Source: Phycisphaeraceae bacterium
GTDB lineage: Bacteria > Planctomycetota > Phycisphaerae > Phycisphaerales > Phycisphaeraceae
Assembly (NCBI GenBank): GCA_963674705.1
Contig: OY771506.1
Span: forward strand, 1,600,001 to 1,664,000
Reading direction: 5' to 3'
DNA: 64,000 bases
Shown here piece by piece: positions 30,991 to 41,585 of this stretch. Position 1 is the first letter of the stretch. Each line of letters starts with the position of its first letter. The notes under the pieces are model-generated. The model did no database searches. It worked only from the letters and a program-made list of their open reading frames with translations, and was not told where the DNA came from. Both the position numbers and the translations under genes were made by a program.

Positions 30991-31815
30991 TCAGACAATC
31001 GATTGTCTGTTGCGATACATCAGCAAGGTGAAGCCAGCGCACAAGGCAAAGGTGCCCGGCTCGGGGATCAAGTGTAATGCACCCGTCCATTCACTTGAGC
31101 CCTCTTTGGCTGCGACAAAATCGAAGCTGGTCTGTGTATTGTCCGCAAACGTGATGGCCAGGGAAGTGCCCAGCATGTCGCTACCGAATGGAACGGTCAG
31201 GTCGCTTAAGGTGATCACCTGGCCAGCCTGGTAACCCGGTCCGAAGTCGTCAGCAAAGATATAGATGTTGCCGGCACCCGATGCTTCCAGGACGCCCCCG
31301 GCAAGATTGCCGCCAGACATGCTTAGCGTGGCGACATTACCGACCACGACTTTGTCATTGATCGTGCCGCTGCTGAGATAACCCGTGCTGTCATGGACGA
31401 TATCCCATTTACCCATCACGGTTCCGCCGCGGACATGAACGGTCGCGCCGAATGTGGCGATTGAACCCTCGATTGTCCCACCGGCAATGCGCGTCATGCC
31501 GTCGTCACCGGAAGCATAGATATTCCCGCCGATCGAACCACCCGTGACGTTAAGCTGCCCGTGGAAGTGGACATAGACATAGTCGGTGATCTCGACGCCC
31601 GGACCGAGTGTGAGCGTTGAATAGTCATAAATGTTGGCAAAGTCGTAGACGCCCGGCGCGGCGACCACATGTTGCGTGCCCGTCGTTGTGATATCCGCTG
31701 CGTACGTACCGGCCGTACTCATCAGCAAGGCAAAAACACATAAGAGAGCACTTGTCCACCTTCGCAAAGATGATGAGCGAGCAAGTGAACACACGCGATT
31801 GAAGTAATTAATCAT
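30991..31815 (-). CDS. Small PEP-CTERM surface protein
   Basis: Signal peptide, GG-turn repeats, IPEPGTFALCAGFTLLMYRNR; GGAGGG ribosome-binding site. Confidence 0.8.
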   Translation of the reverse strand: MINYFNRVCSLARSSSLRRWTSALLCVFALLMSTAGTYAADITTTGTQHVVAAPGVYDFANIYDYSTLTLGPGVEITDYVYVHFHGQLNVTGGSIGGNIYASGDDGMTRIAGGTIEGSIATFGATVHVRGGTVMGKWDIVHDSTGYLSSGTINDKVVVGNVATLSMSGGNLAGGVLEASGAGNIYIFADDFGPGYQAGQVITLSDLTVPFGSDMLGTSLAITFADNTQTSFDFVAAKEGSSEWTGALHLIPEPGTFALCAGFTLLMYRNRQSIV

Positions 31816-32078
31816 TTGGCCCCTCCGTTAAATAACCCGAACAGTTTAAGGGGCGTCGAGATCAATCCGTACCCCCATCAAGAACACTGCGTAACTGCAA
31901 CAATCAGTCTACCGCAAAGTGATTATCCGTCAATCCCCCAGAGCCGAATTTATATATGGTCTTAATACTGACAAGATAGGCAGCTAAAGCAATAAATCGA
32001 TATTTTATATACGAGGCATGTCTTTGACCGGTCTCAGTTTCATCATAGATCAGAAGCCAACTCGTGAATCTCGGTTAT

Positions 32079-32765
32079 TCACGCCTGGTTTTCCGCCGCC
32101 TTGGCGCGGGCGCGGCGGTGGCGAACGATGTCGCCATTGGCCAGGTAGATCACGTCTTTGGCGATGTTCACCGCGTGGTCGGCGAGGCGCTCGATGTGCC
32201 GGACGGTGATCTGGATGCGCATCAATTGAGGCAACATATTCACGTCTCGTCGGATGTGCTCCTCGATGATCTGGTAGGACGCGCGGTGCCTGGCGTCGAC
32301 CTGGTCGTCCATCGCCCGGACCTCGGCGGCGAGTTCGGCGTCGACCTCGACCAGTGCGTCCAACGCCTTGGTCAACATCTCTTGAGCCAGGCGCGACATT
32401 TCGATCATGCCAAACGGCCTGATCTCGATCGCCGGCATGCCCGACAACGCGGCCCCCTGCTCCGCCACATTCGATGCCAGGTCACCGATGCGCTCAAGAT
32501 CGTTATTGATCTTCAGCACCGAAACGATGAACCGCAGGTCGTGTGCGACCGGCTGATGCAGCGCCAGCGTCGCCAGGCATTCTTCCTCGATCTCGATCTC
32601 GGTCAGGTCGATCTGCATATCCTGGGTAACAACCTGTTCGGCCAGGGCAGCGTCGCGTTCATCGACAGCCTGGATCGCGCGCTGCAGCGCCTGCTCGACC
32701 AGCGCGCCCTGCGCGAGGATCATGCGTTTGATTTTCTCGATCTGTTTATTCAGTAATACGGACAT
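32079..32765 (-). CDS. phoU: Phosphate signalling protein PhoU
   Basis: HQPVAHDLR, DLERIGDLASN, IERLADHAVNIA. Confidence 0.95.
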   Translation of the reverse strand: MSVLLNKQIEKIKRMILAQGALVEQALQRAIQAVDERDAALAEQVVTQDMQIDLTEIEIEEECLATLALHQPVAHDLRFIVSVLKINNDLERIGDLASNVAEQGAALSGMPAIEIRPFGMIEMSRLAQEMLTKALDALVEVDAELAAEVRAMDDQVDARHRASYQIIEEHIRRDVNMLPQLMRIQITVRHIERLADHAVNIAKDVIYLANGDIVRHRRARAKAAENQA

Positions 32766-32792
32766 TCAATCTTTCCAAGCGGCAAGTGTATT

Positions 32793-33674
32793 TTAGCCGA
32801 ATCGACCGGTGATGTAGTTTTCGGTCTGTTCGTTGTCGGGCTTCGTAAAGATCTTCTCGGTCGGACCGAACTCGACGAGGTCGCCCTGGTACATGAAGGC
32901 GGAGTAATCCGAAGCGCGGGAAGCCTGCTGCATGTTGTGCGTGACAATGACAATCGTGTAGTCGTTACGCAGCTCGGACATGAGGTCTTCGATGGCGGCG
33001 GTGGAACGCGGGTCCAGCGCCGAGCAGGGCTCGTCCATCAACAGCACGCTCGGGCCCACCGCGATCGCGCGCGCGATACAAAGCCGCTGCTGCTGCCCGC
33101 CCGACAGGCTCAGCGCCGAAGTCTTGAGCCGATCTTTCACTTCATCCCACAGCGCGGCTCGCTTCAGGGAATGCTCCACAACACCCTCCAGCTCAGATCG
33201 CGACATCTTCAGGTGCAGCCTGGGCCCGAATGCGACGTTGTCGTAGATACTCTTGGGAAACGGGTTGGGCTTCTGAAAGACCATGCCCACATGCCGACGC
33301 AGCTCAACGACGTCGGTGTCTTTGGCCAGCAGGTCCTGGCCGTGCAGTTTGAGTATGCCGGTGGCGCGGGCGCTGGGGACAAGGTCATTCATGCGATTGA
33401 TCCACCGCAGGAACGTGCTCTTACCGCAGCCGCTGGGTCCGATGAACGCGGTGACGCGTTTTTCCGGGATCACCATGTTCAGGTTGAGCAAGGCGTGGAA
33501 GTCACCATACCAGGAGTTGAAGTCGGCGACCTCGATCGCTGGCCGAGCGTCATCAACGGGTATGTTTTTGCCGGCCGGTTTACCGGTCGTAACCGCGATG
33601 GCCTGATGTTCTTCGGTTTCGCTGATCTGGTTCATGTCATCAACTTCTTGGGTTGTAGAAATTGTAGCGGTCAT
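32793..33674 (-). CDS. pstB: Phosphate ABC transporter ATPase
   Basis: [47 protein letters not shown]. Confidence 0.96.
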   Translation of the reverse strand: MTATISTTQEVDDMNQISETEEHQAIAVTTGKPAGKNIPVDDARPAIEVADFNSWYGDFHALLNLNMVIPEKRVTAFIGPSGCGKSTFLRWINRMNDLVPSARATGILKLHGQDLLAKDTDVVELRRHVGMVFQKPNPFPKSIYDNVAFGPRLHLKMSRSELEGVVEHSLKRAALWDEVKDRLKTSALSLSGGQQQRLCIARAIAVGPSVLLMDEPCSALDPRSTAAIEDLMSELRNDYTIVIVTHNMQQASRASDYSAFMYQGDLVEFGPTEKIFTKPDNEQTENYITGRFG

Positions 33675-33692
33675 GGCTGTGTCCTTCGCGAC

Positions 33693-34646
33693 TTAGCGCT
33701 GGAACTTCTGACGGATAACGACAGCGGCGGCGTTGAAGGTCAGCAGGATCGCCATGAGGACAATGATACCGCTGGCCGCGACGTGGTGGAACGCTTCCTG
33801 GGGCCGACCCGCCCAGTCGTAAATCTGAAGCGGCATGGCGGTGAAGTCGTCCATCAGGTGTTCGGGCGTAAACGTGATATAGACGATACCGGCGATAATC
33901 AGGATCGGTGCGGCTTCACCGATGGCCCGGCTCATTGCCAGGATCGTGCCGGTCATGATCCCGGGGACCGCGGAGGGCAACGTCGTGTTCCAGACCATCT
34001 GCCACTTGGTTGCGCCCAGCGCCAACGCTCCGTTACGCAGAGAATTAGGCACCGCACGCAGCGCCTCTTGCGAGGAGATAATGATGATCGGCAAGACCAC
34101 CAGCATCAGGGTCAATCCGCCGGCCAGCACACCGCGACCGAAAGGTATCCGCAGATAGTACCAGTTCTCTGTGGTTCCCAGCGTCCACCATGGATCACCG
34201 CCGGCGCCGAAAAGTTTGAACATCTCGACGAAGGCCGTCAGCCCCAAGATGCCGTACACCACGGAAGGCACACCCGCCAGGTTGGTGATGTTCAGTTGTA
34301 CGAAACCATGCAGCCTGGCGAGGATCGGGTGTTTGGGTTTGAACTCTTCGAGCAGGATAGCCGTGCCGATACCCAGCGGGACGGCAGAAATCGCACAGAC
34401 CAGGCAGATGTAGATCGTGCCGATCATCGCCGGGTAGATGCCGGCCTTGTCGGGCTTACGCGAAGGCACACCGGTCAGCAGTTGCTTGTCCAGGTGGTCC
34501 ATACCCTGAGCCAGGATCGAACCCAGCAGGATGCAGAGTGTGGAGATACAGACCGCCGCTGCGAACAGGCAGATGATGATAAAGAACCGGTCTTTGATAA
34601 CCCGTCGCAGCCGACGTCCGGATTGTGTCTCGTGGATGTCGGTCAT
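33693..34646 (-). CDS. pstA: Phosphate ABC transporter permease PstA
   Basis: NLAGVPSVVYG, EALRAVP..LR.GALALGATKWQ, SRAIGEAAP. Confidence 0.93.
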   Translation of the reverse strand: MTDIHETQSGRRLRRVIKDRFFIIICLFAAAVCISTLCILLGSILAQGMDHLDKQLLTGVPSRKPDKAGIYPAMIGTIYICLVCAISAVPLGIGTAILLEEFKPKHPILARLHGFVQLNITNLAGVPSVVYGILGLTAFVEMFKLFGAGGDPWWTLGTTENWYYLRIPFGRGVLAGGLTLMLVVLPIIIISSQEALRAVPNSLRNGALALGATKWQMVWNTTLPSAVPGIMTGTILAMSRAIGEAAPILIIAGIVYITFTPEHLMDDFTAMPLQIYDWAGRPQEAFHHVAASGIIVLMAILLTFNAAAVVIRQKFQR

Positions 34647-35593
34647 TCGTACACCTGCCTGAACTTGACTCGGATGCGGTGGCCGATCACCGTCAGCGCC
34701 AGGGTCATGAGGAACAGGGTCGCCGCCACCGCGTAGCTTGAGTAGTACTCGGGCCCGAAGTTGCTGGCATCGCCCAGGAAGATCTGAACCATGTACGCGG
34801 TCATAGTCTGAACTTCTTCGCGGGGATCAGCCGTCATCTTCGCGGCGTTGCCGGCGGCCAGCGACACGATCATGGTTTCACCCACGGCACGGGCGATCGC
34901 CAGAAGGAACGCGGCGATGATGCCCGACAGCGCGGCCGGTGTCACCACCTTGACCGAGACTTCAAACCGCGTGGCGCCTAGACCATAGGCCCCTTCTTTC
35001 AGACTTCGGGGCACTGCCCGAAGCGCATCCTCGGAAAGGCTCGTTACGATCGGCAGACACATCACCGCCACCGCCAGACCGGCGCTCGCGGCGTTGTAAA
35101 CATTAAAACCTTCGTGCAGCCATCGCAGGCTGGGGGTGATCACCGTCAAGGCGAAGAAGCCGAACACAACGGTCGGGATACCGGCCAGCACCTCCAGCAC
35201 AGGCTTGATCACCGCTCGCACGCCCGGCCGGGCGTATTCACTGAGCCAGATCGCTGTAATCAAACCCAACGGTAGCGCCACAACCATAGCCACGGCCGTA
35301 ACCAGGAATGTACCGCAGATCAACGGCCAGATGCCGAAGTGCTTCTCAGCGCCCAGCAGCGGATTCCACTGCGTGCCGGTGATAAAATCTACGAACGACA
35401 CTTCATCAAGGCCAAAGAAGTGGATCGTCTCTAGTCCGAGGATAATGATGATGGCAAGCGTTGTGGCGATGGAGAACACACCGCAGCCGATCAGCAAACC
35501 CATGATGCACCATTCGCGAACTCGGCGCACGGTCTTGGACTTGAGCCTACCCACCGGCAGGCTGGTTTGGGATGGTATCGTAGCGCTACTCAT
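34643..35593 (-). CDS. pstC: Phosphate ABC transporter permease PstC
   Basis: LAGIPTVVFG, EDALRAVP, ARAVGETM. Confidence 0.93.
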   Translation of the reverse strand: MSSATIPSQTSLPVGRLKSKTVRRVREWCIMGLLIGCGVFSIATTLAIIIILGLETIHFFGLDEVSFVDFITGTQWNPLLGAEKHFGIWPLICGTFLVTAVAMVVALPLGLITAIWLSEYARPGVRAVIKPVLEVLAGIPTVVFGFFALTVITPSLRWLHEGFNVYNAASAGLAVAVMCLPIVTSLSEDALRAVPRSLKEGAYGLGATRFEVSVKVVTPAALSGIIAAFLLAIARAVGETMIVSLAAGNAAKMTADPREEVQTMTAYMVQIFLGDASNFGPEYYSSYAVAATLFLMTLALTVIGHRIRVKFRQVYE

Positions 35594-35616
35594 ATCACTC
35601 GCTTGAAGTTGGAAAA

Positions 35617-35645
35617 CGTGGCGTCCCGGTTGTGGAACGCCACGC
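35617..35645. terminator. Hairpin between pstS and pstC (partial terminator or mRNA stabiliser)
   Basis: CGTGGCGT ... ACGCCACG inverted repeat. Confidence 0.45.
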
Positions 35646-35687
35646 GAGTATAAAACAAACTGTTAGTCGCGGACCAGGCGTGTCGGC

Positions 35688-36686
35688 TTATTTGTAAACC
35701 TCAGCCAACGGGCCGTGGATCTTTTCGCCGTTCTTATCAAGGAACTGGGTACCGGTCTTGCGGGCGGCATAGTTCTTCTTGGTCAGCTCGATGATCTGGC
35801 TGGGCAGGCGGACGTAGCCGACCTCTTCAGCCAGTTCCGGGCCGTTCTCAAGGTAGAAGTTGACGAAGGCATCGACCTCGGGTCGTTCGGCCGACTTGGT
35901 GTTGATATAGATGAACAACGGACGGCTGAACGGGGCGTAGGTGCCGCCTTCGATGGTGTCCTTGGCGGGCAGGACCGGGCCGTTGCCGCCGTCGATCGCG
36001 ACCGCACGCAGCTTGTCGGTGTTCTCGAAGTAGTAGGCACAGCCGAAGAAGCCGATCGCGCCCTTGTCGCCGGCGACGCCGCGGACCAGGACGTTGTCAT
36101 CTTCGGAAACGCTCATATCCGAGCGGATCGAGCCATCACTACCGGCGACGACTTCCTTGAAGTAGTCGAAGGTGCCCGAATCGGTGCCGGGGGCATAAAT
36201 CTTGATGTCGATGGCCGGGTATGCCGGGTTGACATCCTTCCATGTCTTGACGGTGGTGCCGTCAAGGAAAATCTTCTTCAGATCATCCACGGTCAGCGAC
36301 TTGATGAAGTCGTTGTCGTGATTGACGACGATGGTCAGGCCGTCATAAGCGACGGGGATTTCGATGAACTGAACGCCGTTCTCCACGGCCACGTCCAATT
36401 CTTTTTTCTTGATGGGGCGTGAGGCGTCGGAGATATCGGTTTCACCGACTGAAAAACGCTTGAAGCCGCCACCGGTGCCGGAGATGCCAACGGTCACCCG
36501 CACGTGGCGGTGTTCTGCGCCGAATTCTTCAGCAACAGCTTCGGTGATCGGGTAGACGGTGCTGGAGCCATCGATCTTGACGGCGCCCTTCAGTTCTTCT
36601 GCTTGTGCGCTGCTGTTACCAACGAACAGGCTCAAGGCGGCGGCGATTGCGGCGGCGGCGAGGATGCCGGTGCTGCGACTCAACAT
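35688..36686 (-). CDS. pstS: Phosphate-binding protein PstS
   Basis: [38 protein letters not shown]. Confidence 0.95.
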   Translation of the reverse strand: MLSRSTGILAAAAIAAALSLFVGNSSAQAEELKGAVKIDGSSTVYPITEAVAEEFGAEHRHVRVTVGISGTGGGFKRFSVGETDISDASRPIKKKELDVAVENGVQFIEIPVAYDGLTIVVNHDNDFIKSLTVDDLKKIFLDGTTVKTWKDVNPAYPAIDIKIYAPGTDSGTFDYFKEVVAGSDGSIRSDMSVSEDDNVLVRGVAGDKGAIGFFGCAYYFENTDKLRAVAIDGGNGPVLPAKDTIEGGTYAPFSRPLFIYINTKSAERPEVDAFVNFYLENGPELAEEVGYVRLPSQIIELTKKNYAARKTGTQFLDKNGEKIHGPLAEVYK

Positions 36687-36759
36687 GGTAGGTATCTCCT
36701 GAGAGTGTTTTTGATGTCGGGCGGCAACGGTGAATGCCTGGTGAATGACATCGTTAGGT

Positions 36760-36820
36760 TGTGCAAATGCTATGAAGGGCCGATGAATGAAATGTGAGCA
36801 AACGGTTAGATTTGTGTTAA
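36760..36820 (-). promoter_or_regulatory. Pho-box-like array upstream of pstS
   Basis: Six hexamers at exact 11-bp spacing on the minus strand: TTAACA, CTAACC, CTCACA, TTCATC, TTCATA, TGCACA. Confidence 0.65.
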
Positions 36821-36846
36821 CATCTTAAGACTTTATTTTGCAGGCG

Positions 36847-38187
36847 TTAACAGCCTGGAAGATGGATCCGGAACGTGCTTCCACTACCCGGAACGCTGTC
36901 CACGCTAACGCGGCCGCCATGAACTTCCGCCACATGTTTAACAATCGACAGCCCCAGACCCGTGCCGCCAAGCTCCCGGCTACGCGCCTTATCCGTGCGG
37001 TAAAACCGCTCGAAAATCCGCGGCAGGTGCTTGGCTTCAATGCCCCGACCCTGATCGGTCACCGTCAGTAGCGCCTCGCCTTCTGAGACTTCGCACGTTA
37101 CCAGAACCGACGTGCCGGGATCGCTGTACTTGATCGCGTTGTCCACCAGGTTGACTACCGCCTGGGTCAATAGTTGTTCGTTCACGCGAGATTGAACCTG
37201 CCGGTCGCATTCACTTTCCACATGAATGCCTTTGGCGTCCGCTCCCGATTGACAGGTCTCCATCGCTGCGCCCACGATCACCCACAGCGGTATCGGCTTA
37301 ATATCTGACAGCGCCGATTCATTGTCCTGCTCAATCCGGGCAAGACTTAACAAGTCATCCACAATCGCAGCTAAACGATCGGCCTGTCTTGAGATCATCT
37401 CCAGGAACCGTTTGGTGTCCGGATCATCATCCGTCGCGATTTCCCGCAAGGTTTCCACCGCGGCCTTGATCGCGCTGACCGGGGTTTTCACCTCGTGCGA
37501 CACGTTGCTGACAAAATCTCTGCGGACCGATTCAAGCCGTCGCAACTGCGATACGTCGTGCAGCACCAGCACCAGGCCGATGTGCCTGTCGTCTTCATCG
37601 CGAAGGATCGCGCTTTGCAGTTGGATAACACGGGGAGTGGTCTTGCCACAACTTGTCGTTTCCGGCCGGGTGAGTGTCATTTCACCGGCGACAGAGTTAT
37701 CCTCTTTCAGAGACCTGCGTATCACATCATGCAGGTCGGCGTTCCGCACCACCTCGTAGACACTGCGGCCGATCGAACCGACCGGGTCCAGCTTCAGCAT
37801 TTCCGTCGCCGCCGGGTTCAGGCTCAGGATGTTCTGGTCGCGATCGATCGCGATCACACCCTCGACCATCGAGCCATGCACCGCCCCCAGCTCATTACGG
37901 TGGCGAATCACGCTGGAGAGCCGGTCCGCCAGTTGCGATGCCATGGTATTCAGCGATTCCGCCAGTTCCGCCAGTTGCAACGGCCCACGGATCGTGATCC
38001 GCTTGCGAAGGTCACCGGCGGCAAAGCGTTCGGCGCCCTGGCGCAATTCGCGGATCGATCGGCTTATCAACATCAGGATAAACAGCATGACTCCGGCAAA
38101 GATCGCTGCGCCGATCAATACCGCGACGGTGCCGGCGTTGCCGGTGTACTCCGCCAGGATGTAAGCCATGAGTAATGTATGCATCAT
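36847..38187 (-). CDS. phoR: Phosphate regulon sensor histidine kinase (TM-HAMP-PAS-HisKA-HATPase)
   Basis: RRDFVSNVSHEVKTP, NLVDNAIKYS, DQGRGI, FERFYRTDKARSR..GGTGLGL; lies between phoB and pstS. Confidence 0.9.
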   Translation of the reverse strand: MMHTLLMAYILAEYTGNAGTVAVLIGAAIFAGVMLFILMLISRSIRELRQGAERFAAGDLRKRITIRGPLQLAELAESLNTMASQLADRLSSVIRHRNELGAVHGSMVEGVIAIDRDQNILSLNPAATEMLKLDPVGSIGRSVYEVVRNADLHDVIRRSLKEDNSVAGEMTLTRPETTSCGKTTPRVIQLQSAILRDEDDRHIGLVLVLHDVSQLRRLESVRRDFVSNVSHEVKTPVSAIKAAVETLREIATDDDPDTKRFLEMISRQADRLAAIVDDLLSLARIEQDNESALSDIKPIPLWVIVGAAMETCQSGADAKGIHVESECDRQVQSRVNEQLLTQAVVNLVDNAIKYSDPGTSVLVTCEVSEGEALLTVTDQGRGIEAKHLPRIFERFYRTDKARSRELGGTGLGLSIVKHVAEVHGGRVSVDSVPGSGSTFRIHLPGC

Positions 38188-38247
38188 CGAATATCCGCGC
38201 AGCGGACCAAGCTAGGCAATTATAAGTGTTTGCCCGGAAAGAGGTAA

Positions 38248-38955
38248 TCAGGCATTATTTTCGCTGAATCGATACCCCACGCCGCGCACGGTCTGGACTT
38301 GCCTGCCCACCGTACCAAGTTTGCGACGAAGCGACACGACTTGAACATCCACCGAACGATCGGTGACCGCCGCGAAACCATCATGGATCGATTCAATAAT
38401 CTGCTGCCGCGTATAGACACGACCGGGACGCGACATCAGAAGTTTCAGCAGGTTGAATTCCGTGGCCGTCAGGTCCACCACCTTGCTATCAGCGGTGACC
38501 TCGTGGCGCTCGGGGTCGAGCTTCACGCCGCCCGTCTCCACCACCCCCGATCCTCCGCCTGCTTCAGCGCGACGTAAGACCGCATTAATCCGCGCCAGCA
38601 GCACCTTCGGACTGAACGGCTTGGTGATGTAATCGTCCGCGCCGGCTTCCAGGCCCTTGACGATGTCGGCCTCTTCACCCTTGGCGGTCAACATGATCAC
38701 CGGTACGTCGCTGGTCTGGTCATTACTACGCAGCGCACGACACACCGACAATCCATCGATCGTCGGCAGCATCAGGTCCAGCACGATCAGGTCCGGACGC
38801 TGTTGGCGTACCAAACGGATCGCATCCTCGCCGTTCTCTGCTGTGCGGACTGTAAAACCCTCCCGCGAAAGACTGAAACGCAGAACCTCGAGCAGGTCCT
38901 GCTCATCTTCAACAACCAGCAACGAAGGCTGACGACTCGCGGCGTTGGATTTCAT
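38248..38955 (-). CDS. phoB: OmpR-family response regulator PhoB
   Basis: VVEDE, LDLMLP, MLTAKGEE, GADDYITKPF, RSVDVQV..LRRKL, TVRGVGY; pst context. Confidence 0.9.
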   Translation of the reverse strand: MKSNAASRQPSLLVVEDEQDLLEVLRFSLSREGFTVRTAENGEDAIRLVRQQRPDLIVLDLMLPTIDGLSVCRALRSNDQTSDVPVIMLTAKGEEADIVKGLEAGADDYITKPFSPKVLLARINAVLRRAEAGGGSGVVETGGVKLDPERHEVTADSKVVDLTATEFNLLKLLMSRPGRVYTRQQIIESIHDGFAAVTDRSVDVQVVSLRRKLGTVGRQVQTVRGVGYRFSENNA

Positions 38956-39084
38956 GGCAATCGAAGGCCTTTACGATGGTGAGGGTCCCGTTTCTTCCGC
39001 ATTTCGTTAACTCACCATTCGCTAACAATGCGGCGGAACCCCTGCTATTCCTTTAAACACTTGTGCGGTAAGGTAATGTCGGAT

Positions 39085-39132
39085 CGTGAGTACGCGGTCA
39101 GCAAATTGTTAATTAAATGTTAAGAATGTTAA
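39085..39132 (-). promoter_or_regulatory. Pho-box-like array upstream of phoB (autoregulation)
   Basis: Minus strand TTAACA, TTAACA, CTGACC, CTCACG at 11-bp spacing, plus an extra TTAACA 9 bp upstream. Confidence 0.65.
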
Positions 39133-39161
39133 GACCCTCGATTATAGACCATAAACCGCGA

Positions 39162-41402
39162 TCACGGTGCATACCTCAAGGCTCGCCCGTCCGGATATAA
39201 CGCCAGGACACTCATGCTCGGCAGGTCGTACCCGTCGATGCTGAATGACTCATCCTGAAAGTTCGCCAGGATCCGCGTGCCGTCCTCGAACGTGGTCTGC
39301 TGGACTGTCCGCCCCTCATTCAACCACTGGAAACCCGTCATCGGCTTCAATCCCAGTTCACGATGCAGCGGGCTGAAGAACGCGTAGTGCTTAAGGATGT
39401 GTTCACGGTGTTTCTTCCACTGGGCATGGTTCAGGTGGTACAACGGCGGGACGTTATATAGTTGCTCCAGCAGTGCGACCGCCGCGATCTGGTCCTCGAA
39501 CTTCAGGCTCGCGTTGCCCCAGTGATGCGTCGTCACGAGTGAATCATGGAATGCCGCCTGGTACAACGGCAGCCTATAGCGTGGATCGTAAAAGAACTTC
39601 TTGAACTTGGGCTTGAGAGGGACCTGTTTGATAAAGATGCCCGGGCCTTGAGGCGGCCAGTAGGCGCCGGTGAAGTAAGGCGAGTTCTTGTCGCGCATGT
39701 CGGCATCGCCCCATCCGATGACGGGGCTCAGCATGCCATGGGCGAAGTGGATCGCCGAGGCGGCGCAGGCGTTGCCCCCTTCGCTGCCGACGACCAGGCC
39801 GTGAACATTGCTCAGCCAGTTAAGCCGATCCAGCCGCTCGTTCAGGTCGTCCTGCTTCGTGGCGGTGTGATCCGGGCTGTAGTCATCGAAGTATTGGCCG
39901 AACGCATCACAGTCCACGAATACCGCAGTGTAGGGGACGCGCGACATGTAATCGTTCACACGCTTTTCGACGTATGGCCTCGCTGCCAACGGGCTCAGGA
40001 GGTAGCCGACCTTCTTGAATCCCGCCCTCTTCGTGCCATCCGCCTTCACAATCGGGCCGGTCTCGAATAGCTCGGGCGGGAACTGCGCGGTCTCCCACGT
40101 GTTATCCGCATCGTAATCCGGGTGCCCCACCGGCGGGTGGATGCTGTGGTACGCATCGTAAGGCCCGAACAGATAGCCCAACTCATCCGCTCTCGCCGCG
40201 ACCTGCGGCTTCGACTCGGCAGTACTCAGATCGCCCAGGCACAACACCATCCGATCAAGCCCGGCATCCTGTAAAACATCTAACATCTTTATCGAGATGC
40301 CATCCCCCCACTTCTCGTATGGCAGAACCAGCCCCTCGTAATGCTTACAGAATCCGCCCAGCACGACCACGCGCGGATCGCCGTCCGCCAGATGCTTCAT
40401 CCTCTTTTCCAGAAACGCGCTGATCTGTGTCGCCACCACACTCTTCGGATACATGCCCGGCCACTTCTCTTCAGCAAGCTGTTTCACCGACTTGCGAGCT
40501 TCATCATCAAGCGACTGCCAGATCGCGGAGCCTGATGAATCTGCCCCACCCTCCCCTTCTTCGATGAGTTTCGCAGCGAATGCTTTCCAGTCCGTCACGT
40601 CCATGTGGCTGAACACGCCATGATCCCACAGGTACGCTTGCGCCGCGCCGAGTAGACGCTCCGCATGTGGATTCGCTTCGATCTTCTCTTTAAACGAAAC
40701 AAACTCGCCGCGCTCTTCCAGGTACCGTCGATACGCCTTGGCCGGCTCGATCGGCGACGCATCACCCAACTCGACAATCACGCTGTATTCCATCGTCTTC
40801 CAGTTCGGCATGAACCTGTGCGTTACCGACACGTCCGCCATACCGCCTCTACCGGCTGTGAAGTCGACTTGATTATCAAACATGTTGCCGATGATGTACG
40901 TCAGCGTCCGATCGCCGAGATCAAACCCAACAAACGGCATCGAAAGGTCGGCCGTAGTATCAAGCGGTTCATGCTCGATCAGGTGTTGCATCCACTCGTC
41001 ATCATCGGCCGGTGCGTACACCCCCTCGAACATCGGGAGGATGTAACCCTTGACCGCTTTGTCCGTGTTAACGATCGGCCAGGTTACTTCGCCCGGCTTG
41101 GTGGACTTGAAGTGAACTGTGAGCTGCTTGCCCGCCAACTCGGCCGTGACCATCCACCCCCGCTCGGGTAAAGCAAACAACATGGACTTGGTATCCGATG
41201 TAATCACACGCGACACCCCCAGACCATCCTGCGGCGAAGAAATCTCTATCGACTGACCATCATGATCCGTCAGCACAACCCCCAGTGTTGCCGGATCGAT
41301 CTCGACCTTGTAGTCGTCTGATCGCAACACGACCTGTCCAAGCACCAACGTCGGCCCGAATACCACGAGACACAAACATATCGCGATAACTTGTCGGATC
41401 AT
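39162..41402 (-). CDS. Secreted glycoside-hydrolase-like protein (GH101/GH129-related GHL family)
   Basis: Signal peptide from ATG at 41402; LLGAAQAYLW, GPYDAYHSIH, TWETAQF, FVDCDA, GSEGG, YRLPLYQAAFHDS..THHW. Confidence 0.7.
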   Translation of the reverse strand: MIRQVIAICLCLVVFGPTLVLGQVVLRSDDYKVEIDPATLGVVLTDHDGQSIEISSPQDGLGVSRVITSDTKSMLFALPERGWMVTAELAGKQLTVHFKSTKPGEVTWPIVNTDKAVKGYILPMFEGVYAPADDDEWMQHLIEHEPLDTTADLSMPFVGFDLGDRTLTYIIGNMFDNQVDFTAGRGGMADVSVTHRFMPNWKTMEYSVIVELGDASPIEPAKAYRRYLEERGEFVSFKEKIEANPHAERLLGAAQAYLWDHGVFSHMDVTDWKAFAAKLIEEGEGGADSSGSAIWQSLDDEARKSVKQLAEEKWPGMYPKSVVATQISAFLEKRMKHLADGDPRVVVLGGFCKHYEGLVLPYEKWGDGISIKMLDVLQDAGLDRMVLCLGDLSTAESKPQVAARADELGYLFGPYDAYHSIHPPVGHPDYDADNTWETAQFPPELFETGPIVKADGTKRAGFKKVGYLLSPLAARPYVEKRVNDYMSRVPYTAVFVDCDAFGQYFDDYSPDHTATKQDDLNERLDRLNWLSNVHGLVVGSEGGNACAASAIHFAHGMLSPVIGWGDADMRDKNSPYFTGAYWPPQGPGIFIKQVPLKPKFKKFFYDPRYRLPLYQAAFHDSLVTTHHWGNASLKFEDQIAAVALLEQLYNVPPLYHLNHAQWKKHREHILKHYAFFSPLHRELGLKPMTGFQWLNEGRTVQQTTFEDGTRILANFQDESFSIDGYDLPSMSVLALYPDGRALRYAP

Positions 41403-41422
41403 TTGATTCACTTTCAACTTAG

Positions 41423-41557
41423 TAGCCACAAAAAAACACAGAATCCACAAAAGGATCGCCCCCTCAAACACATAAGCATAACTTCCATGCACAGATTAAA
41501 CCGAGCAGGAAACCATGAACCAGCCCATTTTGTGTATTTTGTGTTTTTCCGTGGCTA
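41423..41557. mobile_element. Miniature inverted-repeat element, family B
   Basis: TAGCCACAAAAAAACACAGAATCCACAAAA ... TTTTGTGTATTTTGTGTTTTTCCGTGGCTA; spacer nearly identical to the copy at 42783. Confidence 0.7.
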
Positions 41558-41585
41558 AGAAATCAGAATTGAATGTGTGCCCGCT

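Noticed and set aside
41403..41492. N-terminal extension of the GH-like ORF, and of ORF 28128, running through family B repeats
   Set aside because: Unlike gspI and gspK, a good ATG exists downstream of the repeat (41402 with a signal peptide; 28203 with a ribosome-binding site), so the repeat need not be translated.
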